Positions 49,897-60,844 of a stretch of DNA of 64,000 nucleotides are shown one piece after another. Under the pieces are notes generated by a model, which was not told the DNA's origin, did not search any database, and worked only from the letters and a program-made list of their open reading frames with translations. Position numbers and translations under genes: made by a program. Numbering within the stretch: the first letter of the stretch is position 1; each line of letters opens with the position of its first letter. Origin of the DNA: Takakia lepidozioides (lineage: Eukaryota > Plantae > Bryophyta); contig CM060733.1 of the NCBI GenBank assembly GCA_030704615.1, forward strand, positions 76,136,001 to 76,200,000, read 5' to 3'.

Positions 49897-52800
49897 TTAC
49901 TCCACTTCGGCAAGATAGTCATCAACTTCTGCAGGTGTCAAGACTCTGCAAGAAAACATGCCCTAGCAATATTAGGAGAAGAAACATCATATGCAATCCA
50001 TTCTTTGAACTCTACAGATCAAGACCAAGAGTGACCAAGCCACTTTTTCCTTTGGGGGGAGTGGAGTTGCCTCTAACCCAAAAGGGCTACACACAACAGA
50101 CATTTATCAGATTGAGGACCACCTTCTACATTAAGGTTCCACTAGCTAGTCCTGGTTCCCAGTTTCCACACAGCATATGGATCGCAGAAGTGGTGCTCCT
50201 GGCCAATGATCCCAATACCAGTAGTTTTTTTATACAATCAACAGCCAGATGCACTCACTAGACAGGGAGAGAAAGCCACACATACTCCTGCAATGGCTAG
50301 AGGCTTTCATCAAGCAAACGGAAAATTAAACCATAACGATCGAGGTCATGAGACAGATTGTACTCATAAGACGTTGTTTGCCGTAGCCTTGTGGCCATTG
50401 ACCCCGCGCCCAGTTTGAGCGGGAACAAAAGGGACAGAACCTACCTCTGTCAGGGGCTGACGTTGGTAGTAAGACTTACCTCCATATAAAGAATTAATCC
50501 GGGTTTTCCAGATATCCTCTAGAAATCCCTTCACACAAGCATCAATCTGCTGTGTGTGATTTGCCCAAAAACTAGGCCTCAGGAGGGCCTGGGCTTTTGG
50601 CTCAGCCTCGAGACTTTCAAAGTTGGTAAACAGGGGTACAGGCACAATTCCCTTGATAGATTTGAAGAGAGCGTCTCTTTGGTGAGAGAACCCCGGACAG
50701 TGTATCAGAAAATGAATACTGTCTTCAGATTGCCCACACAACGGGCAATTGCACTCTCCCTTTCCTCTCTGCTTCTGTTTGCTGTTCAAAGGTAGGCTTC
50801 CTGCCCTGAGTTTAAATTTCAGTCTAGTGCCGAGAGTGGGTAGACCCTTGAGGTCATCCAAGATGTCCTCCCCCATGTCACCGACTGGAAACAAGTTCAG
50901 GGAAGTTTTCTGCCTAACTTCATTTTCATCAGACAATCTCATGGCAACAGACATGGCTGAGGACACTACAGCCTCTAAGTCAGATTTATCCAGCAGGGTC
51001 AAGACTTGCGGATCCAGGTCCAGGTCCTTGAGGATCTCTTCTACTCTCTTCTGCCAGGACTTAGCCTGTTTGACAGGGCAGTCCTGTTTCCAAGATATAG
51101 AGTCGATTAATTTAGGATATCTGGTGTTGGGCATATGTTGCAGCTGACCCCACCATCTGACCTTGAATTCATCTCGTCGGGAGCTTAAGGACGGAATGCC
51201 AAACTCACCCCGAACAGCCACATTGGCTGTTTTGGAGCATGCTGACATACACTCCTTAAGCACCCCCACTTGAATGGATTCTAGAGACTTAGCCTGGTTG
51301 GAGTTATCAACCCATATAGCAGATCCGTACTCCAAGGCAGGTCTAATAACGCGACAGGTCATGAGACAGAGAGAGAACCTGAACTTGTGGTCTGTTCCGA
51401 CAATGCCAATCTCAATGTTCTTGCCTGATATTTGGCCCTCAAACCTGCCAACATGGAAGGTTAAGACAAACTCTCAACAGTTTTCTTTGTTGACGTACAC
51501 AAGAAGGCGAGTGAAACAAAGAGAAAGGTTTATATCAAAACTCAATAGTCGTCAGAAGGAACGAGAATGGTGCTTACCCTTCTTTCAAAGTAAGGATGGC
51601 AGTGTGAATTGCATCTTCCAGCTCCATATCATCTGTATACCTACTCACTCAATAAATCCCCCCAACCACACATACACACATTCATCAACAGTTTTCTGAG
51701 GACGAATGGCAAGCCATCTCACAGGAAGAACAGTGATAACCAGAAAAGGGGGAGAGAGACATAGACCATAGACCCCGCCCCATGTTTGGGCGGAACAAGA
51801 GGGAACAGACACTACCTTTGTCAGGGGCTCACTCCAGTAGTGAACTTACCTTGGTATACACAATTGGTTCGGGCTTTCCAGATTTCCTCTAGGAATCCCT
51901 CGACACAAGCATCAATCTGCTGTGTGTGAGCTGCCCAGCAATTAAATCCCATCAGGGCCAGGGCCTTAGGCTCAGCCTCAAGATAAGGGGGAGGGAGAGA
52001 GAATGCACTCATAAGACTTTGTTCGCCGTAGCCTTGTGGCCAGTGGGGGAGAGAGGGAGAAAGAAAGAAGACAAATAATATTTAGCATCCACTGGAAGCC
52101 AAATAGCTCGTGGAATAAGAAAGAGACAAAGGGAACCCACAGAGCTCCAAGAACAGTACCTTCAGAAACATTCAAGTACCTGCAAAAAATTGCAAAAAGA
52201 AAGCTGACTTGACAAGAGGAAGAGATAGCAACCTCTTCTCTAGGAAGGTCTTTGCATTGGAAACATTCTTCCCAATTGCGGATGCCTTCCATGAAAAGTA
52301 AGAGCCTGAGGGGTCCACCTGCACACCCAGCCTCACAGTTAGACACTCGGAGGAATCCCTCTTCAACACGTACTCTTTCAAAACCAGAAAAGAACATTCT
52401 ACTTACAGATGCAGCAAACAGGAAGTTTTCAGTCACATAAATTTAGACTCGTCTTTCCTTGTTATTTGTCATGCCATCTCAGATATCTGCAACTCATCAA
52501 GACACTCTCATCTGATAGTGTCACGCTCTTAAGCATTCAGTCACAGAGGGGCCCCCTGCCTTAGAGCATTCCCCCACAACAAACAAAGCATCTCATCCAA
52601 GCTTGTCCGCCACTACAACTTACTTCAATAGCAACGGTTTCATAACAATAACCATGAAATTGCTGCTGGAATCAGATGCCACGATAAAGACCTCCTCCTC
52701 CACAGACAACCCACCCACAACAAGCAAAAATAGAGCCATAAACACAAGACGCATCTAATCTTGGGCATGTGCCCCTCATGAAGGTGAGTTTGAGGAAGCC

Positions 52801-54821
52801 ACCTGGTATAGCTGAGGACCATTGTCATCAAAGCCTGCCACCAATAGTGAGACACCAAAGGGTCTCACGCCTCTGCAGATTTACAGCCAACTGAGCGTTA
52901 CCCAACTGAATGCAAACAGGCTGCCACGTTCACGAAAGTGCAACCAGAAGGGAACTGCGCCCAGAGAGCAATGCTCCTGGCTTCCACACTGAAGTGCACA
53001 GCTGGGAACCTTTCACTACTCAACATGCATGCCTTGAAATCCATGCAAAGCTATTTCATGGAACTACCCTTCAACTACTACAAGTAGCTTGTCTTCTGAC
53101 TTCTGCTTTATCACCTTACAATAAACCCCAAGGAAGATAACATAGACCACATTGTGTGGAGGCTCCTGAGTCGCAGTGATGTCAGATCAAGCTGGATGGA
53201 AAGATTTAGAGCAGTTACGAAAATCCGTACAGAAGGTAATGGACCTACCCAGACTGGGTAAACTCCTGCATAACTGCAGCCGTCTCTCTAACCAATTGAG
53301 ATGTTGGGATGGGCTCCTGCACTCAAGACAAAGCATCAGTGTAAACACCTACAGAACCTCATAGCTACACTATGAAGTAATAGACTTAGTGGAACCAACA
53401 TATCCTCTACAGGACGATGGCCTGGAGATCTTAAGGGTGCTCCTCAACTGACACCAGATTCCTTGGACTGACAGTACTCCCCATGAAATTGAAGAGTCCA
53501 TGTTGCTACAAGCATCGAAGTAGAGAGAAAGGGCATTCAGCCTAAAATCTTATTTGTGGGTTCTCTTGCATTGTCCCCGCTAGATGCTCAGAAACAATCA
53601 GCATGCAGAGCCACAATGTGCATGCATCTATGAGTTACTTTTATTCTTCATTAAGAATCGCGGACCTGGTAGAGGCGCTGGTATTGTTGTGCTTGCTTTC
53701 GGCTCTTGCGCACCAGCACCCGTGAATCAGGACCCATGCCACTGCAATAACCAAGAAAGGAATAAATATTATCAATACCATATGTTTGTTACTGAAACTT
53801 AAGCAGATAGACTGGTGAATTATAAGCTACAGTGGCACCAAGAGACATCAATTTCCCCATTTAGTACATAGGAGATAAAAAATAGGCATGGAATCACCAT
53901 TGCGCAGCGATAAGAGCTGTTGTGATGAACTCAATCGCGATATACCACTAGCATTACAAATACCCACAATGCCTAACACTTGTTGCAAGAATCAAGGTCA
54001 GAGAGAACAGTGACCTGTACACAACTCCGATGTTTTCTGTAATTGATTGTATCTTGTGAACCTGCACACATATTTTAGGTCAGCAACCGATCAGGCACAG
54101 GACTGCCAAATGAGGGCCAAATGTACTCCGCTAATCAAAAAGCTACATCGGTCTTCTGACGGGGAGTATGCAATTAAGGGAGCATTCGATGACTGCATCA
54201 GAATTCATCACTCCTCTTTACCTGAGGATACTTCATGGCAACTAAACCTATCTGTAGCAAGACACGTTGGCACAGGCACTCTCTTTGTCTCTCTTTCAAA
54301 CCCCTTACACAATTCAACTTATGTATTTGGCAAGAAAGTTGTACCGAGGTTTCATCAACAAGAATAGACGGCAGCTTCTTCTCCGTCGCGATGACAACAC
54401 CATTTGAGGCTGGCAACACCAACACAAATGCAGATCAGCATCCCCAACAACGACTTGCGGGTTTTCTGACACTATCCATTATCCGCCACAGCAAAAACCA
54501 TGGAACTCAAGGGAAATTTAACTCCTTACCTCGGATCCCCAGGGAGGTTTGCCCTGCACCTACAGCCATCAAGGCATACTCGATCTGCACCAATTTTCCA
54601 GATGGACTGCTCCATTGCACCACAACCCAACCCAACCCACCGCAACCCAACGAGAGAAACATCAAAACACTTCCACAAAACATCTTCCCACTAAAAATAC
54701 AGCATTCTTCATATCAATTCAAGGTGCCCACGATCCCGCCACTGCATACTGCCACCGCCTGAAGAATGAGAAAGACAAACCTGAACGTAGTAAGAGAGAA
54801 GGAATACTGGCTGTCCCCCAT
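49897..54821 (-). CDS. PAB1: 20S proteasome subunit alpha type-2 (multi-exon)
   Basis: Exons encode [14 protein letters not shown] / [15 protein letters not shown] / [22 protein letters not shown] / ..[10 protein letters not shown] / [16 protein letters not shown] / [23 protein letters not shown] / [13 protein letters not shown] / [18 protein letters not shown] / [20 protein letters not shown] / [14 protein letters not shown] / [15 protein letters not shown]. Confidence 0.95.
50358..51355 (-). mobile_element. 5'-truncated non-LTR retrotransposon (LINE) in the last intron of the proteasome gene
   Basis: Open 332-aa ORF with RT C-terminal motifs ([17 protein letters not shown]) and [14 protein letters not shown] zinc finger. 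Perfect 15-bp TSD AGGTCATGAGACAGA at 50343-50357 and 51356-51370. Confidence 0.92.
51766..52042 (-). mobile_element. Rearranged LINE 3' fragment of the same family
   Basis: Homologous to the 3' ~250 bp of the 50358-51355 element, but in permuted order. Confidence 0.75.
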
Positions 54822-55543
54822 CGCCGCTGCTCCTCAACTCACTCTAATTGCTCAAACAACAAATCTTGATATTGCATACAAAAAACCCACTCCGAAGTTC
54901 CAAGCGTGATCCTCACGCTTTCTAGGGTTTCCGATCTCTTTCGCTGGTTTCGAACTTTCGACTCTTTCGCAGAATGGTTAACTGGTAACCTGATATAACT
55001 TCATGTGGTGAAGTCTGAGAATCCCGGGCAGATGAGATCTGACCCCTCAAAACCCCTCGGAAAAAAAACCTGAACCCCACCTGCTCGCCGTTGGAAATTT
55101 CGGATTTTAGCCTTGTAAAAGACTTTTTGGACTGCCCATCCTTGACTCATCTCCCCCAAATGGCAAGCTACAAGCAAAAAATAACTCTAAAATTTCTGGG
55201 AGGTGGGTTAAGTATCTCGTGAAGAATTTGATCCCAACAAACACCCAACTTTAGCTGTCCCCTGTATTTGGATTTCGAGGTAATGCGCGGAGAGAACTGG
55301 TATGGCAAAACAACAGAGGGGGGCGTGATTTGGAGCACCCGCTTGACTTTGCAATTGTATGAATTGGAAGGTGGTAAGATGCTTCCACATTATGCTTTCA
55401 GTCAGTGCAATTGTTGGCGGGATGTCTTAGTTCGCAGCAGTTGAGGATTGCTGTATAACCGTGATGTGATGGTGGTGGCTATGGTCCAACTCTCAGGAAC
55501 TGCTGATTGAGAGAGGGTTGGAGGAATTAGATCAGCAGGCCCG
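54822..55543. promoter_or_regulatory. Divergent promoter region shared by the proteasome alpha-2 and RPC6 genes, with a telo-box
   Basis: Head-to-head ATGs 722 bp apart. TAGGGTTT (telo-box AAACCCTA on minus) at 54923-54930. Confidence 0.55.
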
Positions 55544-58500
55544 ATGGCTTCAGGGCTGGGGACTACGATCAATCGCATACTTGACCTCTGTCGTGCGCAT
55601 CCCCAGGTAACAACTTATTTCACGAAGTTATAAATCTCTTTCAATTGTGTGAAGGCTTTAGGCACATGCCTACCACCGAGGGCAGTTTTTTGGAGGGTCG
55701 ATTGTACCATGTATGGAGGTACATGTGTTTGAGAGGGATAGGTAAAGAAATGATGATGGGCGGTTGTGGATATGCGTGCAGGGATTGTCGCAAAAGGTGC
55801 TGGATGAAGAGCTGAAGGTGGACATGGAGCTGATGAAGCAAGCCATCAACTTTCTGCTTCAAAAGGTGGGCATGTGGGAGGCTCTCATCTGTGCCTAAGA
55901 CAAATTTTTGCAGAGAGTAATGGGTGAAGTGATATCAAGAGTAGAAATTTGATGTGGCTGTCAGTTTCGGGTTTTAGGTTTAAGCCCCCAAATATGTCTC
56001 CTTATTGAGAGGTTTCATGAGTGATTGCAGGCAAAGTTGCAAGTGTTCATGCAGGGGGACTCTTCAATTATTTATAAGGAGCAAAACATTGAGAAGGCTG
56101 CAAAGTGAGTATTTTTGCTCCTCTGTAGATTTTTGCAGTGTGTTCCTAGTGCTTTTCTGAGGGATCGTTGTAACATGTTGATTGGATTGTGGGAAGTTTG
56201 GACCTTATCATGTCGTGGACTCTCTTCATTTAGATCATTTTCTCGGCTTTGGCAAACATGCACAGGATGGCTTTTTGGATGTAATTTACCCTCTGGAGTT
56301 AGATGGTTGTTTGTCATTTGACTCCAAGGATGATGGGTCCTTCAGATTTAGAGGCTTGAGTTCAGAAGACATGCTGGTCTATCAGGCCATACAGCAGTCT
56401 GCAAGTACAGGTACGAATGATGAATGTCGTTTGTGTTGTTATTATTCAATAATTTTTGAACCTTGCTCCATAGTGGACTCATACATAGTAGCACTCGGGG
56501 TTCTTTCTTCCTTCATAAACCAAGTACAAACATCTTGAACCAATGTCCCCTGATAAATCTCAGCCAAAATAGATTGGAAGGGACGGTGGGAAATTGTCCA
56601 TAAGATGCAAGACTCTACAGCCCATACTTATTCTTTTCCTTGGTTTTGATTGGCACTGCAAAACCATATCCATAGACCCCGCCCTCCAAGTTCAAGGCCC
56701 TCAAAATTGGAAGGACGTAGAGGGAGGGTGTTCGCTTGCTGACAAAGAGGCTTGTTGTAATCTGTAGGGATATGGACAATGGATTTGAAAAAGAGGACAA
56801 ACTTACAGCAGCCACAAGTGAACAAGGCTCTGAAAAATTTGGAGAATCGCAGTCTGGTGAAAGCTGTCAAGTCAGTCAATGTATGCTCTACTTAATATGT
56901 CACATCACATTCATCCATCCAACCCATGTTCGACGCAAGAGATCATGACCAAACTGTTGACAGTATAATTATAGCAGGGATTGTCTGAGTCACATGCATG
57001 GGCTTGAACCTCATGGTTTGTCAGGAAAAACTTAGGCACTGAATGGCAGTGGAACATCTACTCAACTGTTTGTTGTTATCTGAGTAACATACTTTTTTTA
57101 CTCCATACTTACCAATACCATACCTATCCATCAAATACACCTCCTCTTTTAAGGCTCCGGCCGTACATATCAACGAATGATAAGGTTACAATTTCCATGT
57201 CTGGACAAATGCTGGGACAAGAGCTTTGTTGTGAGTATCTATGCATTTTTTGTGAAGCAAGTATGGAGCAGGATAAACCTGGACACAAATGATGATGTGG
57301 TCCTTGGCATTGGCTATCCTTATAGAAACAGGAAATACTCACTACATCACTAGTGGGAGCAGCAGCTTTAAGTCTGTCTTAATGGACAGTGTTTATTGAA
57401 ATTGGCAAGTGGTTTTGCACCTATAAGAAACATGGTTCTTCAGATAGAGGGATCACCCCAAGTCAGTTACACATCTACAAACCATTTGGTTGACTTTGAG
57501 TGGGGCAGAGGTGTTTTCTGTGAGGAAACGACTGCACTTCTTTCCTGCTGCCAGTTTTACTACATTTCTATGTCAGAGGTGTGTGGTAGCAGTCTTACTG
57601 AGGGTTGGTAAATGTCTTGCCGTTGGTGCAGAACAAGGCCCGCAAGGTGTACATGTTGTCTGAGTTAACGGGAAGTCACAGGGGGTGCTTGGTACACTGA
57701 GCAGGACTTTGTTGATGCGGTCAAGCAGCAGTGCTTGCACTGCAGTTTTACTACATTTCTATGTCAGAGGTGTGGGGTAGCAGTCTTACTGACGGTTGGT
57801 AAATGTCTTGCCGTTGGTGCAGAACAAGGCCCGCAAGGTGTACATGTTGTTTGAGTTGGATCCATCAAGGGAAGTCACAGGGGGTGCTTGGTACACTGAG
57901 CAGGACTTTGATGCAGAGTTTGTTGATGTGGTCAAGCAGCAGTGCTTGCACTTCATTTTGAAGCAGGCAAGCCTTCTCAGTGCTTTTAGCTTCAATTTGT
58001 GGTTCTTCCTATTAAACAAGCAGCTTTCAGCATGAGGACAAAACAGCTATAACATGGAGGGGTGGATGGATCACCTGTGTGTGTGTAGGGACTTGCAACT
58101 TTGGAGGATGTAGCAGAGGCTGTTCGTAAGTCTGGCATAACTAAGGTGGAGTTACGCCTAGAAGAGTTCAAACAGGTGATTTCTCTCTCCCCCAAGCAAC
58201 GTTTCTGGGTGGTTTCCTGTTTTTTTCCTTTCTAGGTAGAGACTGGTAGGTAGGAAGACCCGCAAGGCCACCTATGCCCACCTTGCACTGGGTACAACAC
58301 GGAATTTGAAAGTGAAGATCATTTCTTCTTTCACTGCCATTCTACTATGAGATTCAATTGGGAGATTCAAGTGTCTATTCCGTGATGCCCAATCTCTCAC
58401 GGAGGTCTTCCATTACGAGGATCAGAAAAGCTTGGCAGCTTAGCTGTTGAATCTTAGACAATCCCTTGAGCAATAGTTGCTCTTGGGCTGCTTCTGGCCC

Positions 58501-59972
58501 CTCTTTCTTGATTCTTGCTTCCTCTTGTCCCATAAGCTCTTTGGCTTTCCTAGGACGTTATGAAGTACTACTTCATTTCTCTCTCTTTTTTAGATGCATT
58601 TGTGGCCAAATGGGGGCTAGACCAGCCAGACATCAACATCTGAGTCACTGTAACCCGATTGTTTTGGTCATTTGCAAGTGCTCTGGAACATTGGGCTATA
58701 TTCTCATATCCTGGTGGGTAGTACGGATAATCTGTACCAGGAGGGTTGGTATCCACTGTGGACTATCCCTTCAAGGCCCTAGTCCCCTCATAGCCAACAT
58801 TTTGCATATGGTGAATGAGTTCATTTTCTCTTCCTTATGTTCATGCTGTCATTTCAGGCTGATGGCAGGTCCATGAGACTGTTCATTCAGAGTACAACAG
58901 TGTTAGTTGCACTGATGATTGCCTTGTGTCACTCTTTCCTTGTTGCTCTTCCTAAAATGTCTTTGTTTTCATTATCAGATCCTAGACACGCTTGTATTGG
59001 ATGGAGATGTTGAGGAGGTGATGGGTGGTCCTGCTTCAAGCCTTACATCATTCTCAACAGTAAAGTTCTCTCACGTGTAACATGATCAGAGATCTAACCT
59101 CTGCTAGCTCCTCAGTCCTCACATGGTTTCAAATATGTCCTGCTAGTGACATTGGTGTCGGGTATAGTGCATGAGGGCCAATATGACTTCTCCATCTTGT
59201 GAAATATCTCATAAATAATTTTGCTGACCCACGCCTGGCATTGAATGCCAACAATAGCAGAACGCGCTGTTCACATCTTGTTCTTTTCCAATCTCTTTCA
59301 GTCTCTGACATCTAGTCATGAATTAGGAGATGGAATTTAAACACATTACACAGAAACCAGCTGACTGATTTCAATCACAGCATGCGGATTACAGTGAACA
59401 ATATCCACGTGCTGGAGAACTGGCTGTAAAGGGAACATTTATGGTGCAGGACACTTTGTGTTACAGGGCCTCTAAATCTCGGATACCTGAGTCATCTGCA
59501 TTCACCAGTCTTCCATGTGGTATTTGCCCAGTATGTCCCAAACCTTTTCCTCTGTTGTGTCAGGTGGTCTTCTCTCTTTCAGGTATTTGCCCACTTTGCG
59601 ATGGAAGTGGGGCATACAAATATGCAATCAACCTTGGTCTGATATAGTAACCCTCAGGAGTAGAGTGAAGCTCACTTGCCTGGATGGTTAATGGTATAAC
59701 TTAGATCACCTGATCAAGATAATTAGTCGACACTTGTCACAAGCATCACATTGGCAGCAATACCTCCATAAGTTTAATGACTGTCGTGTATGTATAGTTC
59801 CCAACAGTCAATCTAGCAACTACGTTGTCACCTGAGGTCTTTGGGTTTACTTCCAAATGCTTCAGTGGGCTGATGACCGTGTTGTGGGCTGTAGGTTTTG
59901 CAAGAATGCACGCCAGATGGCCTCATTTCACCTCAGACATGCGTTTACTTTGATGATTGGCTGAAATTCTAA
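55544..59972 (+). CDS. POLR3F: DNA-directed RNA polymerase III subunit RPC6/C34 (multi-exon)
   Basis: Exons encode MASGLGTTINRILDLC / ..AINFLLQK / FRGLSSEDMLVYQAIQQSASTG / IWTMDLKKRTNL..KALKNLENRSLVKAVKSV / NKARKVYMLFELDPSREVTGGAWYTEQDFDAEFV / ILDTLVLDGDVEEV / LPCGICP / VLQECTPDGLISPQTCVYFDDWLKF* (Fe-S Cys cluster). The start codon is inferred. Confidence 0.9.
57552..57952 (+). repeat. Tandem duplication of an RPC6 intron/exon segment
   Basis: 57552-57741 duplicates 57743-57952, with 8-bp and 12-bp deletions in the first copy. Confidence 0.9.
58265..58445 (+). mobile_element. Degenerate LINE zinc-finger fragment in an RPC6 intron
   Basis: CPPC...ESEDHFFFHC motif resembles the LINE RT C-terminal CCHC finger. 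Confidence 0.4.
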
Positions 59973-60844
59973 GCGGCTTCTCCCAATGGCCATTCTTCAT
60001 CCCAGTGCACATCAGCTGTTCACACATATTGGACACTGAGCAGATAGTGTCTGTCCCTAATTTGGTCTTTCCTTAGAGCTTTATGAGCATTGGTTCTCGG
60101 AACTGCAAGTGGAAATTCGCACAAGAGCTTTGTGAGGGAACACTTCTGATGAAACAGCAAACATGGATGCAAGGTTGTCTAGCAGTAGACTTGTATTTCC
60201 TAGAGCTTTTTTGAAGGCCCACCCTCTTTAGGGCAAACCGCTTCAAAATCAATCTGAATACATGCGCAAGCATTGAGTCGGATGGTGAACCTAAGCTCAG
60301 TGAGGAGATGGCAGAAAACCTTAATCTGGTTGCCTTCATTGGTGTACTTTATTGGGAATCAGTGGTGCAGAAGAGAACCATCTGTTGGGCTTCTCCTCGC
60401 CCCACACTCATATTGCAGGATTGCAGAGTAAAATGTGTTTGATGTGTATATGTGATGACTCTCATGTTTAATGTGTACATTCTGAAAGTATGTTCTCACA
60501 GAGGCATCTCAGGCACAAGCTCTCCAACCACTCCTAGTCCACCAGAGCAACAACATATGCTTCGATTTTGCTATGCCCAGTACATGGGATCCATGATACT
60601 TTTAATGTAAACCCTGTATAGCTTTATAAAAAGACCCAAGTGGGGTGACTGTACAAACTGCAAAGGGGAGAAGCAAAATCTCATAGAGCTAGATATAATG
60701 ATAAACAGAAGTCAAACTATAGTAGTATGATACTTGTCCTCACCTGTACAACCATGCACACATCCCATAGTACATGGTTTGCGCATCACCCACAAGAACC
60801 GGATAGCATCTCCATATATTGTTATCCGAACATCATGAAACCAG

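Noticed and set aside
60500-60844. 5' LTR/PBS of the MTase element
   Set aside because: I saw no match to the LTR at 808 and no TGGTATC-type PBS; the element appears 5'-truncated.
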